A model generated the notes under the pieces. That model was not told the DNA's origin. It saw only the letters and a program-made list of their open reading frames with translations, and did no database searches. Positions 10,185 to 20,712 of a stretch of DNA of 64,000 bases are shown here, piece after piece. Source of the DNA: a virus; IMG/VR virus record IMGVR_UViG_3300035137_000073, positions 3,918 through 67,917 of that record; one strand, given 5' to 3'. Numbering within the stretch: position 1 is the first letter of the stretch; each line of letters begins with the position of its first letter. The position numbers and the translations under genes are program-made.

Positions 10185-11149
10185 CGATGTCCTATGCGTT
10201 AGGAGGGGCGTTTCAGGCGCTTGGATCGGGGCTTAGCGAGATCGGTCGTATCGCAGCTGCGAGGAGACGCGAAGAAGAACAGCGGCGACTCCGTGAGGCG
10301 GCGCAGTACGATGTTGACATAATGCAGCCTGGTGTTGTGCCACTCAGAGATATCGCGAACGCGTCGGCAACGGTACCTGAGGACGCGAGAACGCTATCAT
10401 CGGGCGTCATGGTCAGTCCTGGCTTGGCCGAGGAACAGGCGATCGCCGCTGAAAGAGATGCGCATCGACGCCAGATGAACTACGATCTCGAGCGGTCGAG
10501 ATTGGCTGAACAGGAGAGGGCGTACGGTCCCGACGCACGTGGCGAACGGGCAACCGCTGCCTTTGTGGTCGAGCAGAATCCGGAATTGTTTGCGGGTGCG
10601 CCGCGCGATGTCATGCAGAGTCCCAAAGCCATCATGAACGTTGCTCGATACGCAGCGGGACAGCAGCAGCCTGCGCAAGGCGAACGGAATGCGCGACTCA
10701 ACCTGAACCAAGCTCTGGAATTCGTGAAAGACAAATACGCTACTAGGGATGAGTTCGCTCCGAACAGGATCACGGGTCACTCGGTTCCGCATGAGCAGAT
10801 GTATCAGATGGCAAGAGAAATGGCGAACACGGGCGAGTTCAGAGAGATATTGCCTGTTGCGCCACCGATGATGGCAAGGCCGCCAGCGGGTTCGGAACAG
10901 ACAGGTGCACGTGCCGTGGTACCGACAGCTTCTCCGATGAACGCCGAGGTTGATTCTTCTGCCAGGATGCCAACTGCCGCAACCGAGGATGACGTGTGGA
11001 GTCGTTTGGGTGTTCAGCGATCCGAACTGGAAAGAGACATAGCCGAAGCAAAAGAAGAAGGGTTGAGCGACGATCAAATCCTAGCGGGTCTGCGTGGTGC
11101 ACCTAGAGCCGTACTTGTCGAAGCACGACGGATACTTGGTGGAAGATAA
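10181..11149 (+). CDS. Putative internal virion protein
   Basis: Overlaps both neighbours; N-terminal amphipathic G-rich helix. Confidence 0.55.
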   Translation: MTMSYALGGAFQALGSGLSEIGRIAAARRREEEQRRLREAAQYDVDIMQPGVVPLRDIANASATVPEDARTLSSGVMVSPGLAEEQAIAAERDAHRRQMNYDLERSRLAEQERAYGPDARGERATAAFVVEQNPELFAGAPRDVMQSPKAIMNVARYAAGQQQPAQGERNARLNLNQALEFVKDKYATRDEFAPNRITGHSVPHEQMYQMAREMANTGEFREILPVAPPMMARPPAGSEQTGARAVVPTASPMNAEVDSSARMPTAATEDDVWSRLGVQRSELERDIAEAKEEGLSDDQILAGLRGAPRAVLVEARRILGGR

Positions 11150-14100
11150 TGCCCGACCAAGATCGCTTCGCGAAGTACCGGGAAAATGATCGGTTCGCCA
11201 AGTACCGAGAGCAGGATGAGCCCGGCTTACTGCGTCGGGTTGCCGACGTTGGTTCTACGGTGTTTCAGGCTGTCGCAGATCCCATTGGTTTCACGGCTCG
11301 CCAAGTTATCCCGAAGGCCCCTGATATTCTACGGCAGACGGGTCGGGGGCTTGCCGAGTCGGGGTACGCGACTGCAATCGGTACCACCCAACTCGTTGGT
11401 GCTGATGAATTTGCCGAAAACTTGCGGGAAGGTCGTGAAAGCGCACGCGAATTCTACGGTGCACCCGAAAGCGGCGTCGGTGCCGTTGCCGGAACCGCAG
11501 CACGCATGGCTGGCGATGTTGCTCAGTTCATGGCACCTGGGTCAGCCATTGCACGATTCGCGAAGCCAGCCACTACACTCGGAAAGGTGGGCTTAGAGGT
11601 TGCGACAGGAGCTCCGCTGGATGCAGCCATAGCCGCGTCAGGACGTGAGGAGTCCCTTGCAGGTATGGCAGCCGACATCACTGGATCCGAGACGTTGGGG
11701 CAAATAGCAGAAAGTCCATTTGGAAGAGCGGCTGTGGATGTTGCCGTTGGGGCTGGAATAGGCGGTAGCTTGGCTGCCGCGGGTGCTCGCGGTGGTCGTT
11801 CGGCGACACGCACCGCAGACGACATTGCATCCACACGACGAGTCATTGACGAGCCTACTGGAGTGGGGCGATTCGAAAAATACACTGAGCCATCAACGGA
11901 TGTAGTGGTGCGTGCAGAGCCAGCGCAGGAACCGTCCGTCGTGCAAGTTGCAACCGACGCCGTGGAAGTTGGAACCCAACCTAAGGCACTAGATCGGCTT
12001 CAGTCGTTACATCGCGAAATGCGTCAGGTTGAGCGAGAAGGCGAACAGGTCAGCGATGAGTTGTTTGATGAGTTTGAAGTGGCTTTCGAAGAACGTCTCG
12101 ACCGAATCCAGAATGAGATGGACAAAGTCAAGAAGGATGTATATGAGCAGGATGGCCCCGAGGCCCACGCTAGTCTTCTTGATGCGTTTGATGAGTGGAT
12201 AGAACACAAGGAAGGGAGTGTTCAGGGGATTGGGGGCGATCAAAGCGTGTGGGATACCGATACACCCGAGTTCCCAACGACAGTCGATGAGACAAGAGAG
12301 GCGTTGGCCGATCCCAATATTGTCATCGATGAAACCGGACCATCTGACGCCCTAGAATCGCGCGTACCGGCTTTGGAGTCTGCGTCCACCCAAGACCCCA
12401 TCGAAGGCATCGAACGTCAGGTACGCGCTGAGGAGCGTCCAGCGTTAGGTACCGAAACGGCACAGCCGGAAGCTGTAGACGATGTCCAGGGCCGCAGCGG
12501 TTTCGACGAGTACTTGGCGGACATGACAGAGCGCGGCGACGCAGTGGGTATGGCTGGGGGCGGTGAGGCTGGATATGTAAACCCAACAGCAGTCGGCAAG
12601 GGAATCAAAGCCTTCATTCGTCGGAACTTCACAAGCGCCGGTGATTTGCCGAAGAAGGTATTCGATCGCATGATCCGCCGTGACGGTGGTGTGAATTCTC
12701 TGCAGCGCGAAGTTGCTTACACTCTCCGCGATTTCAGGCGCACTGCGCGCGAGGTATACGGCACAGCCAATTTGTCGTCAGAACAACTTGAGCAGATAGA
12801 CACCGCGCTGAAGGGGGAGTCGTCGGTTGTTCCAGAAGAGATGCGATCGGTCGTTGCCAAGATGCGCAACGATATCGACGACATGAGTCGGCGACTCATT
12901 GATGCTGGGGCTATCGATTCGGAGCTTGTACCAGCAGTAACCGACAATCTCGGCTTGTATGCGACTCGTTCCTACCAGGTGTTCGATGATCCCAAATGGG
13001 CCGAGAAGGTGCTGTCAAAGCATCCTGATGTGGCCCGTAAGGTCTGGCACTTGTTGGAAAACGAGAACCCAAACCTGCCGCGCGAAGAAATCGAAGGGCT
13101 TTTCAAGGCGCTCCTCGAGCGTGGTGAGGACAGCCCGCTGGCGTTGATCCAACAAGGAAAGCTGGGCAGCAAGGACCTCTCCATCGTCACTCGAAGAAAA
13201 GATATCGACCCGGCAATTCGTGCGCTGTGGGGCGAATACCACGACCCTCGTGTCAACTACGCACGATCGATGACGAAGATGGCGCACCTTTTGGAAAACC
13301 ACAAGTTTCTCCAAGACGTGCGGTCGGAAGGGCTCGGGCAGTTCTTCTTTGAAACGCCGATTTCCCGCGAAGGGGTCGACTACGTCCAGCAGTTTGCCGC
13401 GGAAGGGTCGAAGACGTTGGAGCCTTTGAATGGGCTCTATACCACCAGAGAGATCGCTGACGCGTTTGAAAGGGTAGTCGAATCATCGCCAGCCCCCGAC
13501 TGGCTGAGGGCATACTTTGGAGTCAATTCGGCAGTCAAGTTTTCGAAGACGATCGGATCGTTGATGACGCATGTCCGCAACACAGTCGGCAACGTAGGGT
13601 TTGCCGTTGCCAACGGACACTGGCGTGTGGACAAAATGGGTGAGGCCGCAAAGACAGTTTGGGGCGATTTGTGGGACGTTGGCTTGAAAGACAAAGCGAA
13701 GTGGCGCGAGATCTACCGCGAGTTGGTGGATCTTGGAGTTGTGCACGAAAGCGCGCGTGCCGGCGAATTGCGAGATGCTATTGCGGATGCCATCAGTGAT
13801 TCTGATACCCTTGTGGGTGGGCTCCCGCAGCGTGTCGCGAAAAAGACTCTGCGGGGCGCCCAAAACGTCTATCGTGCCGAAGATGACGTGTGGAAGGTGT
13901 ATGCCTATCACAATGAGTACAGCCGGTACAAGAAACAGCTACCGGACATGCCCGAAGACGAACTGAAACGGCATGTAGCAGCGATAGTGCGCGACACCTA
14001 TCCGACATACTCATTGGTACCATATGGCGTGAAGATGGCACGGCGGTTCCCTGGTGTTGGAACGTTTGTGTCCTTCCCGGCCGAAGTGGTTCGAACATTA

Positions 14101-15183
14101 GGGAATTCACTTGCGCTAACGGCCAAGGAATTGAAGGATCCAGCGCTGCGTAGTATAGGCGCTCAGCGGCTTGCGGGCTTGGCAACCGCCGCAACGTCGG
14201 TATGGGGTGCAACGGTGGCATCCCGCCACATGAACGGCATAGACCGCGACACGGACCAGGGCGTTCGGCGCTTCTTACCTAGCTGGTCGCAGAACAGCTC
14301 TCTGTTCTATCTGAACCGAAACGAAGACGGCAGGGCGCGGTTTGTTGATCTGAGTTACACCGATCCGTATTCGTACATACGCAAGCCTTTGATGGCGTTC
14401 ATGCGTGGCGAAGATTGGAACGAAGCCGTTTTGCAGGCCGGTGCCGAAGCGGCAGAACCTTTTCTTTCCGAAGAGATTCTAGCCGGCAAAGTCTTCGACA
14501 TTGTACGGAATCGGAAAAAGGATGGAGGCGAGGTTTTCAACCCAGAGGCCTCTTGGAACGAGCGAGCGCAGGCTATTGGGCTTCACATTCTAGACGCATT
14601 GGAGCCAGGTACAATCTCGAGCATGCAACGCATTTGGCGCGGAATTCGAGGTACAACTACAGTGCACGGCCGCAGCTATGATCCCGTACTTGAGGCCAAA
14701 GCGGTGTTGACTGGATTTCGCATTCAGGAGCTGGACGTTCCGCAAGCCTTGTCGTGGAACGCTCGAAAGGCGCAGGGACGTATGGGGGATGCGCAGGCGA
14801 TGTTGAGCAGCGTTGCAGGACGTGGAGGTTCTGTGGACGACGCTGAACTGGAAAACGCCTACCGTCAAAGCGAGACTTCAAGGCAGGAGATTTTTGAGGG
14901 ATTGGTCCAGGATGTGGCGGCGGCGCGGAATCTTGGTATGAACAACAGGGATATTCACGATGTGCTGCGTAGCGTCGGGATGTCGAACGACCAAGCTACC
15001 GAGGTCATGAACGGTAGTTACCTGCCGTACCGTCCAGGCGATCAATTTCTCGAACGGAAGGCGAGGGCGGTAGCTAGTACCGCGAATCCTGAGGAACGGC
15101 GCGGACTCATACGTGATTACCGTCTTAGGCGCCAGCGTGTACAACAAATGGCTGATAGCGCCAGGGCCACGCGGAGGCGATAG
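11149..15183 (+). CDS. Large internal virion/ejection protein
   Basis: 1344 aa, N-terminal DRFAKYRE x2, G/A-rich helices, last large gene of the structural module. Confidence 0.65.
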   Translation: MPDQDRFAKYRENDRFAKYREQDEPGLLRRVADVGSTVFQAVADPIGFTARQVIPKAPDILRQTGRGLAESGYATAIGTTQLVGADEFAENLREGRESAREFYGAPESGVGAVAGTAARMAGDVAQFMAPGSAIARFAKPATTLGKVGLEVATGAPLDAAIAASGREESLAGMAADITGSETLGQIAESPFGRAAVDVAVGAGIGGSLAAAGARGGRSATRTADDIASTRRVIDEPTGVGRFEKYTEPSTDVVVRAEPAQEPSVVQVATDAVEVGTQPKALDRLQSLHREMRQVEREGEQVSDELFDEFEVAFEERLDRIQNEMDKVKKDVYEQDGPEAHASLLDAFDEWIEHKEGSVQGIGGDQSVWDTDTPEFPTTVDETREALADPNIVIDETGPSDALESRVPALESASTQDPIEGIERQVRAEERPALGTETAQPEAVDDVQGRSGFDEYLADMTERGDAVGMAGGGEAGYVNPTAVGKGIKAFIRRNFTSAGDLPKKVFDRMIRRDGGVNSLQREVAYTLRDFRRTAREVYGTANLSSEQLEQIDTALKGESSVVPEEMRSVVAKMRNDIDDMSRRLIDAGAIDSELVPAVTDNLGLYATRSYQVFDDPKWAEKVLSKHPDVARKVWHLLENENPNLPREEIEGLFKALLERGEDSPLALIQQGKLGSKDLSIVTRRKDIDPAIRALWGEYHDPRVNYARSMTKMAHLLENHKFLQDVRSEGLGQFFFETPISREGVDYVQQFAAEGSKTLEPLNGLYTTREIADAFERVVESSPAPDWLRAYFGVNSAVKFSKTIGSLMTHVRNTVGNVGFAVANGHWRVDKMGEAAKTVWGDLWDVGLKDKAKWREIYRELVDLGVVHESARAGELRDAIADAISDSDTLVGGLPQRVAKKTLRGAQNVYRAEDDVWKVYAYHNEYSRYKKQLPDMPEDELKRHVAAIVRDTYPTYSLVPYGVKMARRFPGVGTFVSFPAEVVRTLGNSLALTAKELKDPALRSIGAQRLAGLATAATSVWGATVASRHMNGIDRDTDQGVRRFLPSWSQNSSLFYLNRNEDGRARFVDLSYTDPYSYIRKPLMAFMRGEDWNEAVLQAGAEAAEPFLSEEILAGKVFDIVRNRKKDGGEVFNPEASWNERAQAIGLHILDALEPGTISSMQRIWRGIRGTTTVHGRSYDPVLEAKAVLTGFRIQELDVPQALSWNARKAQGRMGDAQAMLSSVAGRGGSVDDAELENAYRQSETSRQEIFEGLVQDVAAARNLGMNNRDIHDVLRSVGMSNDQATEVMNGSYLPYRPGDQFLERKARAVASTANPEERRGLIRDYRLRRQRVQQMADSARATRRR

Positions 15184-15608
15184 TGTCTGATCTGTCGTTG
15201 ATGTCTTTCGGTGTGTGGGGACTTCAAAGCGCGGTCGAGCAGATGGAAGCCTGGGGTATCAGCCGTGAGGCCCTGGCGTTCTTCGGGGCGTATATCACTT
15301 TGCTGGGTCAGGGATTCCGGCATCGAGCGAAATCGAAAGACGAGATTGGGAAAGCAACGGAGCGAATTGCTGCGTTGGAGTCGACCGTTACGTCGCATGT
15401 CAGCATCACGCCTCAGACGGAGTCGATCATAACGAGAATCAACCGAAGCGCCGACGAGACGCGCCGTGAGTTCAGGGACCAGCACGAGGATCTGTGCAAT
15501 CGAATGCAGGGAATGCTGACGCGAGTGGAGACCGACTACCGCGACCTGGACGGTCGAGTTCGTGTAGTCGAGCAGGCGCAGGCCGTAAACGACCAGGGGC
15601 GGCCATGA
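15183..15608 (+). CDS. Membrane-anchored coiled-coil protein
   Basis: Hydrophobic N-terminal segment then coiled coil; overlaps neighbours. Confidence 0.5.
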   Translation: MSDLSLMSFGVWGLQSAVEQMEAWGISREALAFFGAYITLLGQGFRHRAKSKDEIGKATERIAALESTVTSHVSITPQTESIITRINRSADETRREFRDQHEDLCNRMQGMLTRVETDYRDLDGRVRVVEQAQAVNDQGRP

Positions 15609-15865
15609 GCACCCAGCAGATCCTCGCCCAAGGCGTCAAAGACGACCTAAAGCCACAGAGTCCGGAACATAGAGTTCGGCTTATCGGTGCCGCATTCGTG
15701 TCGGGTCTCGGTGGTTTCGATATCGTCATCAGTCGTTTTTTTCGCGACCAGCCGTGGTCGTGGGAATCGCTGATTCTTGTTCTGTTCGGTGTCGGCATCG
15801 TCTTCACTGGCACGATCATCAAACTCGCCAAGGCGCTTTTGCCATGGGTGCGTAACGGTGTTTGA
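15605..15865 (+). CDS. Small two-TM membrane protein (holin-like)
   Basis: ATGA overlap start MSTQQ; two hydrophobic helices. Confidence 0.55.
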   Translation: MSTQQILAQGVKDDLKPQSPEHRVRLIGAAFVSGLGGFDIVISRFFRDQPWSWESLILVLFGVGIVFTGTIIKLAKALLPWVRNGV

Positions 15866-16042
15866 CGGATTCGCGCCCACAATTCCAATTGCGGCCTCGA
15901 TCGGGGCCGCTTTTCTTGGTGGGCTAGGTCTCGGGATCTTTGTGGTGCTATGCTTTTTCGAAGTGAAACGGGTGCCAGCGAGCGCAAAGCTTGGCGCCAA
16001 TTCGAAGCGTTTGCGACATCACGCGCATCCGGCTCCACGTCG

Positions 16043-16058
16043 TGTTTCACGTGGAACA
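16043..16058. promoter_or_regulatory. parS: parS centromere-like site
   Basis: TGTTTCACGTGGAACA, whose reverse complement TGTTCCACGTGAAACA matches the canonical chromosomal parS consensus; intergenic. Confidence 0.75.
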
Positions 16059-16112
16059 TCAACCGCAGTAACGACTTAGGCTCATTGACCGCACAAATCG
16101 CGTTTTCCCGCC

Positions 16113-16142
16113 TTGACAATTCATACTAAAACACCATATACT
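16113..16142 (+). promoter_or_regulatory. Sigma70-type promoter of the early/replication operon
   Basis: TTGACA-18 bp-TATACT in an AT-rich intergenic stretch upstream of the Xis-like gene. Confidence 0.65.
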
Positions 16143-16182
16143 CAACAACGTTTGACATTAAACCGCACGATGGAGTTTGCGC

Positions 16183-16395
16183 ATGGCACAGGAATCTCAT
16201 GTCAACGCCGATCCTATACTGACGGCTACTGAAGCGGCTGAATACCTACGGTTGGAATCGACGCAGACGATCTACAACATGGTTGCTCGTGGGGAGTTGC
16301 CGCGAACAAAAGTCGGCCGCCAACTTCTGTTTCGCCAGTCGACGCTTGATGCTCTAGTCGACGCCAAGCTTCCTGTGACACCACAGGACGGGTAG
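16183..16395 (+). CDS. Excisionase/AlpA-like HTH DNA-binding protein
   Basis: LTATEAAEYL...TIYNMVARGELPRTKVGRQLLF is an HTH_17-type pattern. Confidence 0.85.
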   Translation: MAQESHVNADPILTATEAAEYLRLESTQTIYNMVARGELPRTKVGRQLLFRQSTLDALVDAKLPVTPQDG

Positions 16396-16400
16396 CAATT

Positions 16401-16643
16401 ATGGATTTCTGGGAACGCCTCGTGTGGTTCTTTGTCGGCTATGGCGTGCGCTGGTTTGTTGAAGCGTGGGACCGGCGACAGGATGAAATCTCATTCCGGA
16501 ATGAGAAACTGAACGCGGCCGAGGCCGATTCGGAGTACTACCGACGCCTTGCCGAGGAGTGCATTCGTACCCAGAAAACCCCCGCCGACGTGTCGCCGAC
16601 GCGACACTATGAGTCAATAGACGATCTTCTGGGGGATCTCTGA
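16401..16643 (+). CDS. Hypothetical protein with N-terminal hydrophobic segment; contains palindrome copy 1
   Basis: ORF coupled to its neighbours. Confidence 0.55.
   Translation: MDFWERLVWFFVGYGVRWFVEAWDRRQDEISFRNEKLNAAEADSEYYRRLAEECIRTQKTPADVSPTRHYESIDDLLGDL
16489..16506. repeat. 18-bp palindrome TCTCATTCCGGAATGAGA, copy 1
   Basis: Perfect palindrome; 26 bp (16486-16511) identical to copy 4. Confidence 0.9.
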
Positions 16644-16903
16644 TGGTATCGGTTCCTGAGCCTACAGATGATCGGTATTGGGCCGAACAGCAACGGCGTG
16701 AGGAAGCAGCCGAGAAAGACGCTGACCGCGTCTTGCAACTCGAGCGCTGCATTCAACAGATGGTCGAATACCCGGAACACATGCGTATAGCCGGCGAGGG
16801 AATCAGCGATAACGCGGCTCGCAGTGCCTTTCTGAAAGCTTGTACTTCAGCAGATCAGACTCTACGAGATATCGCGAACATGTATGACGTGGCGGTCCAA
16901 TGA
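16643..16903 (+). CDS. Hypothetical protein
   Basis: TGATG-coupled ORF. Confidence 0.55.
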   Translation: MVSVPEPTDDRYWAEQQRREEAAEKDADRVLQLERCIQQMVEYPEHMRIAGEGISDNAARSAFLKACTSADQTLRDIANMYDVAVQ

Positions 16904-16996
16904 GCGACGCCTTCGTGCGGTCGATCGCGGCCTTCGTGCTGGCGCTGATGCTGTTCTACCAAACCAGCAAATGGACAATGACAAAGGAGTAAGAGA

Positions 16997-17950
16997 GTGA
17001 CGCTTACAGCAGAGCAGTTAGAGATGCGGAAAGGGGGCGTCTGTGCCTCCGAGATGGCCGCGATTATGGGGGTGCATCCGCACCAGAACGCTGTCGATGT
17101 CTTCTTGGAGAAGACAGGCAAGGCTGAGCCGTTCGAGGGCAACGAATTCACGTACTGGGGCACCGTGTTGGAACCCGCCATCGCTCAGCGGTATGCTGAG
17201 GAGAACGGCGTCGAACTCGTTGAGAGCGATACGTTGGTGCATCCGAAGCATCCCTGGCTGATGGCAACTCCCGACCGGATCGTGAAGGTTGACCCGGGCC
17301 GCGGACTGGAGTGCAAGAATCGTGGTGCGTACAACGTGGATGCCTGGGGCAATCCTGGGTCCGACGAGGTGCCCGACGAAGTCGCGATTCAGTGCCACAC
17401 CAACATGGAAGTCACAAAACTTCCGCGCTGGGATGCTGCCGTTCTCGTCGGGGGTAACAACTGGCAGTCTTTCGTCCTGGAGTACGACAAAGAGATTGCC
17501 GAAGCGATCGTCGACGCCGCTCACGACTTTTGGTTCAATTACGTTCAGGCTAATATCTGTCCCGAATTGGATGGTTCGGAATCCAGCACCAACTACGTCG
17601 CCCGGAAGTGGAAGACGCACAACGATCTTCTGGTTCCTGCCACTCCGGAAATCGCTGCGACTGCCGAGGAGTTGCGTGAGATCCGCGCTCTCCTGAAGGA
17701 ACACGAGGAGGACGAGGAGCGGCTGAAAAACCTCCTCAAAGATTTCATTGGCGACCAGGCAGGGGTCAGCCTACCCACCGGCAAGAACATCACCTGGAAG
17801 CGTCCCAAGCCACGTCGGAAAACGAAATGGGAAGCGCTTGCCAAAGCTCTTCAGGGTCACGTCTCGAAGGATGTTTGGGACGATCTGTTGAATACCCACA
17901 CCGAAGAACAGCAGACCGCGCGTCGGTTCCTCTATCCCCGCAACTGGTAG
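16997..17950 (+). CDS. YqaJ/lambda-exonuclease-family viral recombinase nuclease
   Basis: RKGGVCASE...WGTVLEP...ATPDR...GLECK...Q motifs. Confidence 0.92.
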   Translation: MTLTAEQLEMRKGGVCASEMAAIMGVHPHQNAVDVFLEKTGKAEPFEGNEFTYWGTVLEPAIAQRYAEENGVELVESDTLVHPKHPWLMATPDRIVKVDPGRGLECKNRGAYNVDAWGNPGSDEVPDEVAIQCHTNMEVTKLPRWDAAVLVGGNNWQSFVLEYDKEIAEAIVDAAHDFWFNYVQANICPELDGSESSTNYVARKWKTHNDLLVPATPEIAATAEELREIRALLKEHEEDEERLKNLLKDFIGDQAGVSLPTGKNITWKRPKPRRKTKWEALAKALQGHVSKDVWDDLLNTHTEEQQTARRFLYPRNW

Positions 17951-17960
17951 GAGAACATCA

Positions 17961-19085
17961 ATGACGGTACCACCCGAAGTAGGCACTATGTCCGAATCGA
18001 CCGACTTGGTGCCGAAACAGTCAGAAGCTGTAGTCGAAACCAGTGCCACGGCCGTGGCGGCTCGAGAGAAAGCTGCCGTTGAAGCCAGATTCGTTATGGC
18101 GATGAATCGGCCGCGGAATCCTGAGGTCGCCCGTCAGAGCATCCTCAAAGCCTGTCAGCGTCCACGGTTTGCCGAGTCGGCGATGTATTCGAAACCAGTT
18201 GGTGGGCGGGCAATCACCGGCCTGTCCGTTCGGTTTGCAGAGGAAGTGTCACGTCTCTGGGGCAACATCCTCATCCAGTCTACCATCACGTTCGATGATC
18301 GTGAGCGTCGAATGTACAAGGTGGTTGCGACGGACCTCGAAACCAACACGGCGCACGACCAAGACGTAGTGGTCGAAAAGTTTGTCGAGCGTCGAAAGAT
18401 CAAGGATGGCGACGAGGTAATCAGCAGCCGGCAGAACAAGAACGGCCAGACAGTCTACCTGAAAGCCGCCACTGACGACGAGATCTTGAACAAGTGCAAT
18501 GCGGCGCTGTCGAAGGCGAAACGCAACCTCGCACTTACTCTCATTCCATCTGACATTCGCGAAGAAGCCGAAGAGACGATCATTGCGACCGTCAGGGATC
18601 GAGACGCCAAGGATCCGGACGGTGCTCGAAAGAAGCTGTTGGACTCGTTTTTCCAGCTGGGCGTATCGGCGGATCAGGTGCAGGCGTTGATCGGTAAGCC
18701 GTTGCAGCAACTGAACCCGGCTGAGATCCAGTGGCTTCGGGGTGCCTACACCGCACTGAAGGATGGCGAAGCCTCGTGGGCCGATATCGCGAGCGAGCCC
18801 GCATTCAACCGTGGCAGTGAGAAGAAGAAGGAAGAGGGCGACGGCAAGAAAGGCTCGGCCGGTTTGAAGCAGCGGGTCGCCAAGAAGGCCGACGGAAAGA
18901 AGGCGGCCAAGAAGAAGGACGACACGCCAAAGGCCGCCAATGAGGCCGGCAACGAACCCCAGCCAGAGAAAGCCAAGGAACTCACCGAGGAACAGGCGGA
19001 AGCCGCGGCAATTGCGGATGTCGAGGATGACGAAGAGGCACGGATCCGGGCCGAAGAAGAGCAGATGGCGCTGGAGGACAAATGA
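17961..19085 (+). CDS. Putative single-strand annealing/recombination protein partnering YqaJ
   Basis: Directly downstream of YqaJ; A...PR...YSKPVGG...GLSVRFAE...WGN pattern; charged disordered tail. Confidence 0.6.
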   Translation: MTVPPEVGTMSESTDLVPKQSEAVVETSATAVAAREKAAVEARFVMAMNRPRNPEVARQSILKACQRPRFAESAMYSKPVGGRAITGLSVRFAEEVSRLWGNILIQSTITFDDRERRMYKVVATDLETNTAHDQDVVVEKFVERRKIKDGDEVISSRQNKNGQTVYLKAATDDEILNKCNAALSKAKRNLALTLIPSDIREEAEETIIATVRDRDAKDPDGARKKLLDSFFQLGVSADQVQALIGKPLQQLNPAEIQWLRGAYTALKDGEASWADIASEPAFNRGSEKKKEEGDGKKGSAGLKQRVAKKADGKKAAKKKDDTPKAANEAGNEPQPEKAKELTEEQAEAAAIADVEDDEEARIRAEEEQMALEDK

Positions 19086-19393
19086 GCCAGTCCCTAGACA
19101 GGATGACTCGCCTTATTGAGATGATCGAATCGGCCCGCAAAACGTTGGCGGCATTCGAACGAGAATCCCAGATTATCGAAGCAAACGTCGACCAGTGGGT
19201 CCGTGAAAAGAAGCACTTGTCGCGGTTTGCTAGTGGTCGGCAGTACGAGATCGAAGTCGAGTGTGTTTGTGGCAACAAGGACACAATCGGCTTCACCAGA
19301 CCGAAGTGCTCTGGCGGCTGTGAACGTCTGATGATCCCGATCGGGGTCCTGACGTTCGAAGAAGCATGCGGGCAGAAGTTTTACTCGAAATAG
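19082..19393 (+). CDS. Hypothetical Cys-containing protein
   Basis: ATGA overlap; CxC and CxxxC. Confidence 0.5.
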   Translation: MSQSLDRMTRLIEMIESARKTLAAFERESQIIEANVDQWVREKKHLSRFASGRQYEIEVECVCGNKDTIGFTRPKCSGGCERLMIPIGVLTFEEACGQKFYSK

Positions 19394-19431
19394 GTCAAAG
19401 CCCGCGACGGTTACATAACACTGGAGAACAA

Positions 19432-20709
19432 ATGAGCGACGGTATCCATATTGCCTCTGTCGAGGTCCAGAATTTCCATCGGTTGTCGGTTGCCGAGGTC
19501 GAGAACGTTCCGGAAACGGGACTGGTTAGAGTCACGGGCAGGAACGCATCGGGCAAGACAAGCTTGCTTCGGTCGATCGCCGCAGCCTTGGGCGGTGCCG
19601 GCGAGATGTTGCCCGACGCGATCCGTGAGGGCGCCGACGGGGCGTCAGTCTCTCTCACGCTCACCACCGGATTCACGGTTCAGCGCAAGGTCACCGAGAG
19701 CAACCCCAAGGGCTATCTGACGGTTGAGGGGCCGGACGGTGGCAAGTTCAAGCAGGGGAAACTCAGTGAGTGGCTGGGTGAGCGTTCGTTCGACCCCCTG
19801 TCGTTCTTTTCTCTCAAGCCAGATCGGATGCGCGAGGTCTTGTTGTCGCTCAGTACCGATTCGGAGTTGCCGCAGAAGCTCGCGGATCTTCGGGCAGAGC
19901 AACAACGGATCTATGACGAGAGAACTCCGTGGATAGCCCAGGAACGGCGCGCAAAGCAGGTCAGGAAGCCCGAAGGTATACGACTCCCCCCAGTAGACAC
20001 CTCTGCCGAGATGGAGCGCCTGACGGCCCTGCAGGAGCAACAGCAGGCCCGGGAGGAGTGCCATGAATTGGCGCTTGATCGCCTCACAAAAATTCGGTCA
20101 ACACGCGCCACCATCGACAAACTGCAAGCCGAGATCAATACAATGGAGTCGGATATCAAACGGTGGTTTGCCGAACAGAAAGAAGCGTCTCGGCGTCTCG
20201 AAAACGAACTGCCAGATGTCGCAGCAGACATCCGCGCCGTAAAAGATCGGATCGCTAAGGCCGACACGATCAATGTGCAGCTGGAGCCCTGGAAGGAATG
20301 GGACCGCGCGAGAGCCAACGCCAAAGAGGCGGGCGCAGAAACGCAGAAACTCAGCAAGGCGATCGACCAGGCGAAAGCCAGCGAAAAAGACCTGCTACAG
20401 AACGCCGGCATTCCGGTACCCAGTCTGTCGTTCGACATGGAAACCGGCGAGCCCATGCTTAACGGTCATCCCCTCTCCGGTGCCAGCGGCAAAGAACGCA
20501 TCGACATGGCCGTCAGCGTGGCGATGGCAGCGAACCCCGAACTCCGGATCTGTTTGGTAGACGAAGCGCATGCGTTGGATGACGAGTCCATGGAGGCTCT
20601 TCATGATCGTGCGGTCGCTCATGGTTTTCAGATCTGGGTGGCTCGTATCAGTAACCAGGGTGGTTGTGAGATCGTGGTTGAGGATGGCGTAGCGAAGGAA
20701 TCTGAGTAG
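19432..20709 (+). CDS. SMC/Rad50-like AAA ATPase
   Basis: Walker A GRNASGKT, coiled coil, signature ASGKE, Walker B ICLVDE. Confidence 0.88.
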   Translation: MSDGIHIASVEVQNFHRLSVAEVENVPETGLVRVTGRNASGKTSLLRSIAAALGGAGEMLPDAIREGADGASVSLTLTTGFTVQRKVTESNPKGYLTVEGPDGGKFKQGKLSEWLGERSFDPLSFFSLKPDRMREVLLSLSTDSELPQKLADLRAEQQRIYDERTPWIAQERRAKQVRKPEGIRLPPVDTSAEMERLTALQEQQQAREECHELALDRLTKIRSTRATIDKLQAEINTMESDIKRWFAEQKEASRRLENELPDVAADIRAVKDRIAKADTINVQLEPWKEWDRARANAKEAGAETQKLSKAIDQAKASEKDLLQNAGIPVPSLSFDMETGEPMLNGHPLSGASGKERIDMAVSVAMAANPELRICLVDEAHALDDESMEALHDRAVAHGFQIWVARISNQGGCEIVVEDGVAKESE

Positions 20710-20712
20710 CCG

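Noticed and set aside
15866-16182. attP/integration module next to the Xis-like gene
   Set aside because: No integrase or recognisable att core in the window
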